Shown: piece by piece, positions 46,248-57,717 of the stretch
How the letters are laid out: every line of letters begins with the position of its first letter
Numbering within the stretch: the stretch's first letter is position 1
Assembly: GCA_050251945.1 (NCBI GenBank)
Contig: JBFWLW010000009.1
Coordinates: 21,431 to 85,430 of the forward strand
Direction of reading: 5' to 3'
DNA: 64,000 nt
Source: Deferribacterales bacterium
GTDB lineage: Bacteria; Chrysiogenota; Deferribacteres; Deferribacterales; Geovibrionaceae
The notes under the pieces: generated by a model
Told to the model about the DNA's origin: nothing
Database searches by the model: none
What the model saw: the letters and a program-made list of their open reading frames with translations, nothing else
Position numbers and translations under genes: made by a program

Positions 46248-47619
46248 CCGCTATATCTCTCCACCTGCCGCTGCGGTAACGCAGGATAAGCATAACAGGA
46301 ACTGTCAGAAATGCGAGAACCATGGTCATCCATGCAGTATACATTGAAGTGCCGAGCACATGCAGGCTGACAAACACCGCAAAAACCACAAGCCACGTTC
46401 CGCCAACCGTTATAAGCATAGCAAAATATGTATCGCCCGCTCCGCGCAAAGCTCCGGCGCAGGACGCTATAAGTGATTCCAAAATAACGTATATGGACGC
46501 AGTGCGCACCATGAACACTGCAAGCTCCCTTGAGTTTTCAAATGCCGGATCGTAATGCCCGGGACGGAATACGTCCGTGAGCATCGCCGGAAAAAACACA
46601 AAGAAGAACGTAACTGCCGCGGAGTAGAACACTCCGGTTTTAATGCCTGAAAACAGCGACCTGTGCGCCAGATCGGGACGTTTCGCCCCCATATATCTTC
46701 CGAATATGCTGGTGACGCTCATCTCAAGCCCCATAAGCGGTACGAAAGCGACGTGATCCCAGTTGAATGCTATTGTTACAGCCGACGCAGTCTCAGAACC
46801 GCGTGCATGGAACATGAATATCATAGCTGTGAACGCCATAAGACCCAGAACAAATTCCAGACCTGCGGGAAAGCCGTATCGCAGAAGCGTTTTGAGTATG
46901 TTTATATCATATCTGAACGATATCTTAAGGTTAAGCCGCGTGCTTTTCGCATATCGTATGTATGAATATATCAGTATCAGAAGAGCGAAAAGACCGCCAA
47001 GAAGCGTTCCGAATGCGGCACCGTTCACACCCATCGCCGGAAGACCGAATTTGCCGAATATCAGCACATAGCTGAAACCGACGTTCAGTATCATCGCCGC
47101 AAATGATGAAAACATCACCACACGGGTGTTGCCGACCCCTATGAAAAATCCTGAAAATGCCGCACGGACAAGCATCAGTACGCTTCCGAACATCAGTATG
47201 TCAAAGTATGAATACTGAAATCCGAGCTGCACCGGAGATATCCCCGAAACCCTGAACACATAATGCCCGAATGGTATGAACAGCAGAATTATCAGCGGAT
47301 AAGCCGCCAGCGCGGTAAGAACCGCCTGAAACGTCACCGCCGGACATTTTTCCCTGTTTCCGGAACCCAGATACTGCGCTGTGACCGCCGCAGAATAACC
47401 TATGAGTCCCATAAAGAAGGATATCATTGTAAACATGAACAGACCGCCCCCCATGGCGGCGCTCATCTGCTCTGCTCCCATGCGGGAGAGGAAGAGCCTG
47501 TCCGTAAACACCATTATCGTCTCGCACCCGTTGGATATGACCATCGGCAGTGCGATAGATATCATTTCACGCACGCCTCCGCTTTTTGCGTGAACGACTG
47601 AATTATTACCAGTTTCCAA
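46228..47619 (-). CDS. MATE family efflux transporter
   Basis: 'IALPMVIS', 'LIFGKFGLPAMGVNGAAFGT', 'GALRGAGDT'; TTG start with AGGTG upstream. Confidence 0.9.
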   Translation of the reverse strand: METGNNSVVHAKSGGVREMISIALPMVISNGCETIMVFTDRLFLSRMGAEQMSAAMGGGLFMFTMISFFMGLIGYSAAVTAQYLGSGNREKCPAVTFQAVLTALAAYPLIILLFIPFGHYVFRVSGISPVQLGFQYSYFDILMFGSVLMLVRAAFSGFFIGVGNTRVVMFSSFAAMILNVGFSYVLIFGKFGLPAMGVNGAAFGTLLGGLFALLILIYSYIRYAKSTRLNLKISFRYDINILKTLLRYGFPAGLEFVLGLMAFTAMIFMFHARGSETASAVTIAFNWDHVAFVPLMGLEMSVTSIFGRYMGAKRPDLAHRSLFSGIKTGVFYSAAVTFFFVFFPAMLTDVFRPGHYDPAFENSRELAVFMVRTASIYVILESLIASCAGALRGAGDTYFAMLITVGGTWLVVFAVFVSLHVLGTSMYTAWMTMVLAFLTVPVMLILRYRSGRWRDIAVIGNPT

Positions 47620-47721
47620 AACTGCACCTAAAAAAATACTAAATTGTTGTGACTAAATTTGCCTTGAATGTGATCCGTAAATTGAAATGGTTACGATGAG
47701 AGGGTTGAACTATTTCGATTA

Positions 47722-47757
47722 TTAATCACAAAGATTGTTGATTACCGACTCAATCAT
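47722..47757 (-). CDS. Putative leader peptide MIESVINNLCD upstream of the MATE gene
   Basis: GAGAGGTG Shine-Dalgarno 8 nt before ATG 47757; TAA at 47722-47724. Confidence 0.45.
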   Translation of the reverse strand: MIESVINNLCD

Positions 47758-47828
47758 TTTTAATGCACCTCTCAGTTTGGTCTGGGAAATATACTCCTGC
47801 ATTAAATAATTAGCAAGTCAAATATTCA

Positions 47829-48362
47829 TTATGAAAAAAGAGCGGGGATGAACATCAGGAAGATGAACACCAGAAAAACTATCACGGTTGAACGGATATA
47901 GCCGAAGCCCCTTATCCGGCTGTAGGCATACACGACCAGACTCAGATACCACGCGAGAAATATGGTATGAAATATCTTAAGGTGCTGAGGAGGAACAAGA
48001 AAAGTCAGAGGCAGAAACAGCGACATGATCTCAAAACCGAGCATCACCCGCAGAAAACCCAGAAACACTGGCATGGTCTTCGGCAGATACAGAAACAGAA
48101 GAGCGACGAATATCATGGAAAAGACCAGACCTTCAAGGATGCCGTCCATCCCGACGGGTGCTATATTCCCTTCCATATCCCTGTAAGGGATGAACAATGT
48201 CACAATGAACATGCACACGAGATTGAACATGTGCGCATTATTCAAAAATACTGCGTAAAGCGCTTTTTCACTGAAAAAGATCATACGGATGCAGAGTGCA
48301 GCCGTGTGCAGGGGGGAAGGGTGCTTCTTACCAGTTTTTACTGCCGCGCCGCCAGTTTTCAT
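47829..48362 (-). CDS. Hypothetical membrane protein
   Basis: About 5 hydrophobic segments; overlaps the HD gene end; start uncertain. Confidence 0.7.
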   Translation of the reverse strand: MKTGGAAVKTGKKHPSPLHTAALCIRMIFFSEKALYAVFLNNAHMFNLVCMFIVTLFIPYRDMEGNIAPVGMDGILEGLVFSMIFVALLFLYLPKTMPVFLGFLRVMLGFEIMSLFLPLTFLVPPQHLKIFHTIFLAWYLSLVVYAYSRIRGFGYIRSTVIVFLVFIFLMFIPALFS

Positions 48363-48912
48363 CCTTGCTGTACCACCACTCGTAATACATTCTTTCGAGA
48401 CAGGACTGCATTATCTCTTTTCCAATGTCAGTCTTAAGCCTCTGCGAAGAGGCCTTTATCCAATTTTCCGCCTGCTTGTTGCCCTTGTCAAGCTGCTCTT
48501 TCAAAAAGAAGATAAGCTCAAGTGTATCCGCATCCTTCGCTATCATCGCCTCAAGGCTCTGCTGGGCGGCGTATTCGCCTATGCATGTGTTCACGTCTTC
48601 TTCGATGGGAAGTCCCTTTACAACGTGACTGAGAGCCTTCTCATCATCGGAGTCCACGTAGTTCTGCTGCAGGTAATTGAGGTCACCCGTGCGGGATTCC
48701 TCAAGGTCGTGAAACATACACATCTTAAGCACCTTGTCCGCATCACACGGAACCATCTTTGCCATGGTAAAACCTATCATGGCGGTGCGGAAAATGTGGT
48801 CGGCGATGGACTGGGTGCCTGAACCCAGATAGTCCTGCCCTGACCGCTTCATGGTCTGCAGGATGCCAAGTTCATAAAAGAACGTGGCGCTTCTGTCAGA
48901 TATTTCTTTCAT
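48328..48912 (-). CDS. HD-domain hydrolase (YfbR/HDDC2-like 5'-deoxynucleotidase family)
   Basis: 'KRSG', 'SIADHIFR', '[11 protein letters not shown]', 'KDADTLE'. Confidence 0.85.
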   Translation of the reverse strand: MKEISDRSATFFYELGILQTMKRSGQDYLGSGTQSIADHIFRTAMIGFTMAKMVPCDADKVLKMCMFHDLEESRTGDLNYLQQNYVDSDDEKALSHVVKGLPIEEDVNTCIGEYAAQQSLEAMIAKDADTLELIFFLKEQLDKGNKQAENWIKASSQRLKTDIGKEIMQSCLERMYYEWWYSKDENWRRGSKNW

Positions 48913-50193
48913 CAACAACCCTTTTCGCTTTCCCCTCAAATCTTTCGAGGGTCTGTCCCATAACAAGGTTAACCTTCGGCTTGAACTGGAGTATTTTGGC
49001 AAGCTGCGAGGTGATGTCTTCCAGAAGCTTTTTCTGCTTCTTCATTTCATCGAAGAATGTAGCTTCCGTAACCTCTACCTTGATCTCCATTTCGTCCAGA
49101 GCGCCTTTTTTACGAACGAAAATCATATAATGGGGGGATGCGCCGTCAACCTTGGAAAGCGCCTCCTCAACCTGCGACGGGAACACGTTCACACCGTTTA
49201 TGATAAGCATGTCGTCCGTTCTTCCCTTCGCTTTTTCCATCTTTATAAGAGTTCTGCCGCATGGACATTCCTCTCTGTAAAGTCTTGTTATATCGCGTGT
49301 TCTGTATCTGATAAGGGGCATACCCTCGCGTTTAAGCGTCGTAAGCACCAGCTCGCCCTTTTCGCCGAGTGGCAGCGGCTGTAAAGTCACGGGGTCGATT
49401 ATTTCAGGATAGAAAAAGTCTTCGTTTATGTGAAGACCGCTTTTGCACTCGCACTCGCCGGATATTCCGGGTCCCATCAATTCTGAAAGACCGAAGTTGT
49501 CAAACGCCTGAACGCCCAGACGCTCCTCAATCTCCGCCCTTACCTTGTCGCCCCATGGCTCACTGCCCAGAAGTGCGATCCTAAGGCTCAGTTTATCCTT
49601 CGTGATGCCCTCTTTCTCCATCGTCTCCGCTATGTGCAGTGCGTATGAAGGCGTGGCAACCAGAACGGTACTTTTATAGTCTTCCATGATGGCAAGCTGT
49701 CTCGCCGTGTTGCCGCTTGAAACGGGGATAACGGACGCGCCGATGTTCTCCGCGCCGTAGTGAAGTCCGAATCCGCCTGTAAACAGCCCGTATGTGAAGG
49801 AGATATGCACAATATCCTCGCGGCTGACCCCTCCCGCAACCATAACGCGGGAAACAAGGTCATTCCAGTTCTGAAGGTCGCTTGCAGTGTATCCCACGAC
49901 GGTAGGTTTTCCCGTGGTGCCGCTTGACGAATGGATGCGCACGATATCGCGCAGCGGTACAGCGAACATGCCGTAGGGATAGTTGTCCCTCAGATCCTGT
50001 TTCGTGGTGAACGGCAGTTTGGATATATCGGACAGATCGTTTATGATGTCCGGCTTTATATTGAGCTCGTTGAATTTTTTACGGTAGAAGTCAACCTTGT
50101 CATAGGCGCGGTTAACGGTAGTCTGGAGTCTCTCAAGCTGAAAAACCTGCCTCTGCGCAACAGGCATCGTCTCTTCGTCTTTCTGCCAGAATT

Positions 50194-50197
<4 letters not shown>
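48896..50197 (-). CDS. paaK: Phenylacetate--CoA ligase family protein
   Basis: '[16 protein letters not shown]', '[10 protein letters not shown]', 'YGLFTGG', 'RYRTRD', '[16 protein letters not shown]'. Confidence 0.92.
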
Positions 50198-50911
<714 letters not shown>

Positions 50912-50919
<8 letters not shown>

Positions 50920-51664
50920 CCTCGTCCCCCAGATAGGCTCTAAGAACCTCTTTGTTCTCCCTAACCTGCGCGTAGGATCCCGCAGCAATGACCTGACCGA
51001 AGTTCAGGCACACCACAAAATCAGCCAGCGACGAGATAAATTGCATATCGTGTTCCACCATGAGTATGCATACGCCCATGGCCTGAATTTTGCGAACCAT
51101 GTTCGCCAGATTTTCCTTCTCCGCAAGGTTAAGCCCTGCGGCAGGTTCGTCCAGAAGCAGCAGTCTGGGGTTTGACATAACAGCCCTGCCCAGTTCAAAG
51201 TTTTTCAGAACACCGTAAGGCACGCTTCCCGGTGTCATATCCGCATATTCGGTGACATTGACGAAATCCATGCACTCTTCGATGCGTTCGGAGGTCTCTT
51301 TCCAGTATTTTCTGTTCAGCCTCAGCATGGTCGCAAAGACAGATGGTCTCTCCTTGCCTATGAAACCGAGATACATATTCTCACGGAGGGTCAGCTCCGG
51401 TATAATGTTCAGGTTCTGGAATGTTCTTGATATACCGCCCATAAAGACCTGTTCCGATCTGTAACCGGTGATCTCTTTTCCGTCAAATTTTACAATCCCC
51501 TCTTTAGGGGTGACAAAACCCGTGATAACGTTGAAAAGTGTGGTCTTTCCAGCGCCGTTGGGTCCGATGAGCGCCGATATCCCCTTGTCGGGCATGGCAA
51601 ACGTGACGCTGCTTAACGCGTGTACGCCGCCGAAGCTTACTCCGATGTTGTTTATATCAAGCAT
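50912..51664 (-). CDS. livG: LIV-type ABC transporter ATPase
   Basis: GPNGAGKT, 'RTFQN', 'LDEPAAGL', 'VEHDM'. Confidence 0.9.
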
Positions 51665-52592
51665 TTCTCTTCACCAGCCTTTTCAGAGTTCCGGATATCC
51701 CGCCCGGCAGAAACATGATAACGACGGCAAGCAGTCCGCCGTATATTATCATTTCATATTCCTCAAAAGCAGAAAACAGTTCCGGCACAAGTCCCAGAAG
51801 AATGGCACCGACAACGCCGCCTGTGATATATCCCAGACCGCCGATGGTCGCCATGGCGAGCAGTTCCACTGAATATTTGAAACTGAACGACACGGGGCTT
51901 ATGAAATGGGTGTAAAAGGTGAATATAGCACCGTTAAAGGCAGTCAATGCCGCCATGGACGCAAACACCATGACCTTTGTCTTAGCGGGAGTTATGCCGT
52001 AGCTTCTGCAGGCGCTTTCAGAGTTCTTGATGAATTTGAGCTTATTGTGCAGAAACGATTTATCGAAAAGCTCGCAGGCGAACAGGAACACCATGAAAAA
52101 GATGCTCATGAACACAAAGAACGATTTCTCGTCCGCGAGGTCGAATTTGCCGATTATAATGTCGCCTATACCAACGAAACCGGACGGACCGCCTGTTATA
52201 AAGTCCATCTCGTTCATGACGATATAAAGTATCATCCCCATGCCCAGCGTAGCCATGGCAAGGTAGTTTCCGTGCAGTTTCAGGATGGGAGACCCAACCA
52301 GATAAGCAACTGCGAAAGCAGCCGCCGCAGCTATGGGCATCGTCATGAGCGGGTTCACACCATAATTGGTGGAAAGCACCGCCGCAACATATGCGCCAAG
52401 CCCGAAAAACGCCGCCTGACCTATGGAGATGATGCCCGTGTAGCCGAGCAGTATATTGAGCGCCGTCGCGTTCACCGCGTGTATCAGAAGCAGTGTGGCG
52501 ACGCCTATGTAATATTCGTTTGAAACCTGTGTACCTATGTAGCCCAGCACACATGCCATAATTATTATAAAAGTAAAATTGAGCCTTTTCAT
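51657..52592 (-). CDS. livM: LIV-type ABC permease
   Basis: 'NILLGYTGIISIGQAAFFGLGAY', 'GNYLAMATLG', 'TGGPSG'. Confidence 0.9.
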   Translation of the reverse strand: MKRLNFTFIIIMACVLGYIGTQVSNEYYIGVATLLLIHAVNATALNILLGYTGIISIGQAAFFGLGAYVAAVLSTNYGVNPLMTMPIAAAAAFAVAYLVGSPILKLHGNYLAMATLGMGMILYIVMNEMDFITGGPSGFVGIGDIIIGKFDLADEKSFFVFMSIFFMVFLFACELFDKSFLHNKLKFIKNSESACRSYGITPAKTKVMVFASMAALTAFNGAIFTFYTHFISPVSFSFKYSVELLAMATIGGLGYITGGVVGAILLGLVPELFSAFEEYEMIIYGGLLAVVIMFLPGGISGTLKRLVKRNA

Positions 52593-53452
52593 ACGCGCGT
52601 AGCCTTTTTGCGTCCGAACAGTCCGTCCGGTTTAATGAAAAGAATCAGCAGAATGACAAAGAACGCCATTGCATCTTTATAACCGGAGGGGATAACGCTT
52701 GCGGAGAAACTCTCGAATATGCCGAGAAGCAATCCGCCCGCCACAGCCGCCCAGAAGTTGCCAAGACCGCCGAGGATAGCGGCGGCAAAACCTTTAAGCC
52801 CTATCATGACGCCGTCGTCGTATGTTACGAAGGTGATAGGGGAAATTATTATCCCTGCGATACCTGCCATTGCGGAGGAAACGGCGAACGACATTATACG
52901 CACGCTGCGGACGCTTATGCCGCAGGTTTCAGCCGCTGTCTGATCATCGAAACAGGCGCGCATCGCCTTCCCGTATTTTGATTTTTTGAGGAAAAAATTG
53001 AGTCCCCACGCCACCAGCAGAGAGACTGCAATTATCAGTATACTCTGGCTTGATATGACCCCGCCGGGCATCTGAACGTTAACCACCGGGATATAATCGT
53101 CAACCCGCAGGCTGTCGCGACCCCAGATATGCATGGCAACATCCCGCATGATTATGGATGCGGCGATGGTGAGCGTTACAAGATTTATCTCGGTCTTGTA
53201 TCTGGCAAGATGGATAAAAACCCTTTCATAAAGCACGCCGATGATAAAACAGCCGAGAAGCGTCAGCGGAAGCGCAGTGTAAAAAGGAATCTCGAACATG
53301 CAGAACAGGGTATAGATAAGCATCCCGCCCAGCATGACAAACTCCCCCTGTGCAAAGTTTATCAGTCCCGTGGTGTTGTAGATAATGTTAAACCCCAGAG
53401 CAACCAGCCCGTATATACTCCCGCTGGTCAGCCCCGAATACAGAAATTGCAT
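52589..53452 (-). CDS. livH: LIV-type ABC permease
   Basis: 'GSIYGLVALGF...INFAQGE', 'GKAMRA', 'KGFAAAILGGLG'. Confidence 0.9.
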   Translation of the reverse strand: MQFLYSGLTSGSIYGLVALGFNIIYNTTGLINFAQGEFVMLGGMLIYTLFCMFEIPFYTALPLTLLGCFIIGVLYERVFIHLARYKTEINLVTLTIAASIIMRDVAMHIWGRDSLRVDDYIPVVNVQMPGGVISSQSILIIAVSLLVAWGLNFFLKKSKYGKAMRACFDDQTAAETCGISVRSVRIMSFAVSSAMAGIAGIIISPITFVTYDDGVMIGLKGFAAAILGGLGNFWAAVAGGLLLGIFESFSASVIPSGYKDAMAFFVILLILFIKPDGLFGRKKATRV

Positions 53453-53465
53453 CAATAACCATCCG

Positions 53466-53594
53466 TAAATTTATTCCGTAAGAAAAGATGAGACTGCTTC
53501 GTCGCCATACTCTTCGCAGAGACGGTTTTTTGTCTTCGCGAGAAGCGCATGCGACGACGCGATCCCGCATTTTCCTGACTTTGTCATCAGTCCG
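53466..53594. mobile_element. Truncated MITE copy 4 (one terminal repeat, both REP-like units, no flanking duplication)
   Basis: 53532-53594 nearly identical to 5304-5366 (…GCATTTTCCTGACTTTGTCATCAGTC); TAAATTTAT retained at 53466 but the left TIR is missing. Confidence 0.78.
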
Positions 53595-53595
53595 A

Positions 53596-54027
53596 TTATA
53601 TTTCGTAAATACTGCTTCCGGAAATAAGTGTGTATCCTTCCGCAGAGAGTCTTTCAACAGCCTTGTCCGTCTCGTCAAAGCGAAATATCATTATAGCCCT
53701 GCTGCCTGTGGGTTCAACAAAGGCGTACATATATTCAACGTTGATTTCGTTTCTGCTGAGAGCGCCAAGAATCTCTGCAAGTCCGCCGGGCTGGTCTTTA
53801 ACCTCAACAGCCACGACCTCCGTGCGTCCCACGGTAAATTCATTGTCTTTCAGTATCTTATAAGCACCGTCGGGATTGTTTACGATAAGTCTTAAAATCC
53901 CGAAGTCCGACGTGTCAGCCAGAGAGAGCGCCCTGATGTTTATTCCGTTCTGACCAAGAAGGTTTGCCACGTCATAAAGTCTTCCTGATTGATTCTCAAT
54001 GAAAACAGAGATCTGCTGAAGTTTCAT
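53596..54027 (-). CDS. ACT domain protein (tandem ACT)
   Basis: '[13 protein letters not shown]', '[21 protein letters not shown]', 'DQPGGL', 'INVEYMYAF'. Confidence 0.9.
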   Translation of the reverse strand: MKLQQISVFIENQSGRLYDVANLLGQNGINIRALSLADTSDFGILRLIVNNPDGAYKILKDNEFTVGRTEVVAVEVKDQPGGLAEILGALSRNEINVEYMYAFVEPTGSRAIMIFRFDETDKAVERLSAEGYTLISGSSIYEI

Positions 54028-54037
54028 ACTACACCTC

Positions 54038-55339
54038 TCAAAGCTTTCTTTTATCAAGCACACGCACAGCCTTGCCTTCGCTTCTGGCTATGGTCTTATG
54101 TTCAACTATGCGCACCTTGCAGGTCACGCCGATCATGTCTTTTATCTCTTTCTCAACAGCCTTGGAAAGATCCTGAAGCCTGCTGATCCTGTCCATAAAA
54201 ATACCTTCCGCAAGCTCTATCTGCACCTCAAGGGTATCAAGGTTGTCCACTCTGTCTACAATAAGCAGATAGTAAGGTGAAAGTTCCTGTTTTGTCACGA
54301 TGATAGCCTCAACCTGTGACGGGAACACGTTCACGCCGCGGATGATGAGCATATCGTCGCTTCTGCCTGTCACCTTCCGCATACGCACGGACGAACGTCC
54401 GCATTTGCATGGGTCTGTTATCAGGCTAGTTATGTCGCGCGTACGGTATCTGATGAGCGGGATAGCCTCTTTAGTGATGGTGGTGAAAACAAGCTCACCC
54501 TCTTCTCCGGCGGGCAGAACCTCGCCTGTGTCGGGATTTATGGTCTCAACAATGAAGTGGTCTTCGCTGATGTGCATACCGCGCTTCTCTTCAACACACT
54601 CGTAACCGACGCCGGGTCCGATTATTTCGCTGAGACCGTAGATGTCCAGCGCGTCTATCTGCCACTTTGCCTCAATCTCCTGACGCATGGCATCTGTCCA
54701 CGGTTCAGCACCGAAAACGCCGACGCGAAGTTTAAGGTCTTCTATCTTAATGCCCTCTTCAATCGCCGTTTCATACAGGCTGAGAGCATAACTTGGTGTA
54801 CACGATATAGCTGTTGAACCGAAATCTTTCAGAAGCATAAGCTGTTTTTTTGAGTTTCCGCCTGAGATGGGAATAACTGAAGCGCCTATTTTTTCAGCAC
54901 CGTAGTGAGCGCCGAGACCGCCAGTGAACAGCCCGTAACCGTACGCGTTCTGGAGGATATCGCCTCTGCCGATACCTGCTGCTGACATAGTTCTCGCCAT
55001 GAGTTCCGCCCATGTATCAACGTCTCTGGCGGTATAGCCGACAACGGTGGGTTTCCCTGTGGTGCCGCTTGATGCATGGATACGCACAACCTGTTCCTGC
55101 GGAACAGCAAACATCCCGAACGGATAGTTATCGCGCATGTCCTGTTTATATGTGAAAGGCAGTCTTTGAAGGTCGTCCAGAGATTTTATGTCCTCCGGTT
55201 TAACGCCCGCTTTATCGAATGAATTCCTGTAAAAAGGCACCCTGTGGTAAACGTTTTCCACAAGCTGTTTCAGCCTCAGAAGCTGAAGTTTCCGCAGTTC
55301 GTCCCGCGGCATGGTCTCATATTGCTGGTTCCAGATCAT
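54038..55339 (-). CDS. paaK: Phenylacetate--CoA ligase
   Basis: '[10 protein letters not shown]', '[11 protein letters not shown]', 'GAEPW', 'YGLSE', '[16 protein letters not shown]'. Confidence 0.93.
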   Translation of the reverse strand: MIWNQQYETMPRDELRKLQLLRLKQLVENVYHRVPFYRNSFDKAGVKPEDIKSLDDLQRLPFTYKQDMRDNYPFGMFAVPQEQVVRIHASSGTTGKPTVVGYTARDVDTWAELMARTMSAAGIGRGDILQNAYGYGLFTGGLGAHYGAEKIGASVIPISGGNSKKQLMLLKDFGSTAISCTPSYALSLYETAIEEGIKIEDLKLRVGVFGAEPWTDAMRQEIEAKWQIDALDIYGLSEIIGPGVGYECVEEKRGMHISEDHFIVETINPDTGEVLPAGEEGELVFTTITKEAIPLIRYRTRDITSLITDPCKCGRSSVRMRKVTGRSDDMLIIRGVNVFPSQVEAIIVTKQELSPYYLLIVDRVDNLDTLEVQIELAEGIFMDRISRLQDLSKAVEKEIKDMIGVTCKVRIVEHKTIARSEGKAVRVLDKRKL

Positions 55340-55415
55340 AGCACGCTCCAAGCCTTTTGTGGCGGTAGAGAAACTTAACAAGACAGGAGCGAAATGTCAA
55401 ACCAATTCGGTTTAA

Positions 55416-57107
55416 TCAGGGTATATATCTGTGCAGGTCGCCTAAACGCATCTCGGCACCGGGTCTCGTTCCTTTTTTACAGAAATAGGCAACTTTCTTC
55501 TCGCCTCTGTCGGAAATGAGTTCGCATTTGTCTCCCGTCAGCGCAATGTATCTGTCAACGTTCTTCCGATAGGTGAAAAGAATATATTCCTCACGCTGAT
55601 TAAGGTAGTCAACCAGCTCATCGTTCGAGTTCATCCATACATTCTTATATTCGTCATATGTCTGGAACTGCACCTCGCGGCGCTTTCCGAAGGCGATGGG
55701 AACTACCCTGTCAAGATAGAAGCTTAACGAAGGCGTGAACGCAGCATAGATGATAACGTCGTATTTACCCTGCGGGTCAAATTTCTTTATATCTTCTCCG
55801 GAAAGCCTGTAGCCTTTTATATAAGGACCTGCAAACGTCATTCCGCCGTATATAAGCAGCGTAAGCAGGATAATAGCCGCAGAAACCGAAAAATGATATC
55901 TGCGGATGAACCATTTTTTCTCTATCATAGCCGTCATCAGCAGAACGTAAGCCGCCGAGCCGCCCGCTATGAACATCCAGAACTCGCGCAAATGCTCCAC
56001 AAACAGAGGAACAAGAGCCACAAGTCCGCCCAGAACTACAAAAATATATCCGATCGCCTTGGGTATCAGAGGACGCTCAGCCCTGCCGGATGCCAATACT
56101 GCCATGACAGGGTAAAACGGAAGAATGTACGTCGCAAGCTTGCTTGCGGAACATTCAAAAACGATGAACGGTATAAGCACATAAAGATAGATATGCCAGC
56201 CGCCCTTCACAAAATTGCTGTTGCGGATGTTTGAAAAGAAATAAAACAGCCATGGAAGAAAAGTACCAAGTATTATCAGAGGGAAAAAATACAAAGGCTC
56301 GGATCTGCTGAATCTCTCAGCATCAGTGACACGCTCGACAGTCTGGTCATAAAGGAAATATTTCAGAAGCCCGTCGTTCGACGTGACCACGCCGATATAC
56401 CAAGGCAGCGCCACCACAACGAACATAATAAGCATCAGCAGATAATCAAACCATCCGAACGCCCTTCTGTGATCTCTGTCAAAAAGGCAGATAACCGCGA
56501 ACGGCAGGAGCGAAAACAGGAAAATGATAGGACCCTTGGTCAGAAACCCCAGACCGAATAACATCCCCATAAAGACTGCGTTTTTCAGCGTTTTATTTCC
56601 GTATATCTGCTCAAACATGTATGCAAGAGCCGCAACCGTAAAGAACGTCAGGTAGATATCCGTAGATATGACACGGCTGACCACCAGAAACAATACTGAC
56701 GAAGCGAGTATAAGTACTGAAAGCTGAGCCTTGTCCCTGTCGCCGGTGAGAGTGAAGGTCATTCTGCGGGTGTATATAAGAGTGAGTACGGAAAAGACAG
56801 CGGGAAAGAACCTTGCGCCAAGCCCGTTAACACCGAAGATGTCAAGCCCGAAAGCCGTCATCCAGTATGTCAGCGGAGGCTTATGGAAGTGTTTTATACC
56901 GTTATAAAAAGGCGTGATATAATCCCGGTTGCGAAGCATCTCCCTGCCCATCTCGGCATATCGGGCATCCGTTGTTTCCATGATGTCCAGCCAATAGGCG
57001 GGAAGCAGAAGCGCAACAAAATAGAGCGCAAGAAAGATGTAAAATCTGGTATCTTCAACCAGACTGAGACTGTTTTTCAAGCTTGATGAAGTATAGGTTT
57101 CTGACAT
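55416..57107 (-). CDS. ArnT-like (GT-C fold) polyprenyl-phosphate-sugar transferase
   Basis: 'ETTDARYAEMGREM', 'HKPPLTYW', 'LTKGP', 'SKLATYILP'. Confidence 0.87.
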   Translation of the reverse strand: MSETYTSSSLKNSLSLVEDTRFYIFLALYFVALLLPAYWLDIMETTDARYAEMGREMLRNRDYITPFYNGIKHFHKPPLTYWMTAFGLDIFGVNGLGARFFPAVFSVLTLIYTRRMTFTLTGDRDKAQLSVLILASSVLFLVVSRVISTDIYLTFFTVAALAYMFEQIYGNKTLKNAVFMGMLFGLGFLTKGPIIFLFSLLPFAVICLFDRDHRRAFGWFDYLLMLIMFVVVALPWYIGVVTSNDGLLKYFLYDQTVERVTDAERFSRSEPLYFFPLIILGTFLPWLFYFFSNIRNSNFVKGGWHIYLYVLIPFIVFECSASKLATYILPFYPVMAVLASGRAERPLIPKAIGYIFVVLGGLVALVPLFVEHLREFWMFIAGGSAAYVLLMTAMIEKKWFIRRYHFSVSAAIILLTLLIYGGMTFAGPYIKGYRLSGEDIKKFDPQGKYDVIIYAAFTPSLSFYLDRVVPIAFGKRREVQFQTYDEYKNVWMNSNDELVDYLNQREEYILFTYRKNVDRYIALTGDKCELISDRGEKKVAYFCKKGTRPGAEMRLGDLHRYIP

Positions 57108-57717
57108 AAATTAAAATTCCGACACTTTGTCCGGCGATAAACACCGCATCGTGTACCATTACTGAATATATTAAAAGCAGAACGCTTCCCCCGAGACTGA
57201 ACCACCAGAACATAACGGGAAACACGCTCTTTTTTGCCTTTTCCGACATGATCCACTGAACGAGGAACCGCAGAAAGAACATTCCCTGTGCGATGATACC
57301 CACCGCAAATATAAACCCTGTGTAATGAGGCTTGTCCTTGCTGACAACATCCGGAAAGAAATATGCGGCAGCACCCACCATTCCGAAATAGATTATCAGC
57401 ATAACCACCATCCAGAACCCGAACGAACGGGGTCTGGTACCTCTCTCCTTCATCACCAGGGAGATATTTCTCAAATAAATTATTGCGCCTGTGGACTGAC
57501 CCAAAACAAAAATCGGATCCTTGACCAGTATCGCATATGTCAAAAGCACAAAACCGCCAGCCAGACTGAAATACCAGAAAGCCATAGGCACTGCGCTCTT
57601 TTTATACTTTTCGGCGTAAAGCCATTGCAAAATGAAGCGCATGAAGAAAAGCACCTGTCCGGCAAAACCGAACACTATCAGGGCGGTCTTGAGAACTGAA
57701 GGATTAAGAGCCGACAT
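57055..57717 (-). CDS. Membrane protein with two lipid-A-biosynthesis N-terminal (LAB_N) domains
   Basis: Duplicated 'GQ.LFF.RF..QW...EK.KKS..P..FW.FSL.G...LL.Y....D..F..GQ'. Confidence 0.85.
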   Translation of the reverse strand: MSALNPSVLKTALIVFGFAGQVLFFMRFILQWLYAEKYKKSAVPMAFWYFSLAGGFVLLTYAILVKDPIFVLGQSTGAIIYLRNISLVMKERGTRPRSFGFWMVVMLIIYFGMVGAAAYFFPDVVSKDKPHYTGFIFAVGIIAQGMFFLRFLVQWIMSEKAKKSVFPVMFWWFSLGGSVLLLIYSVMVHDAVFIAGQSVGILIYVRNLYFIKLEKQSQSG

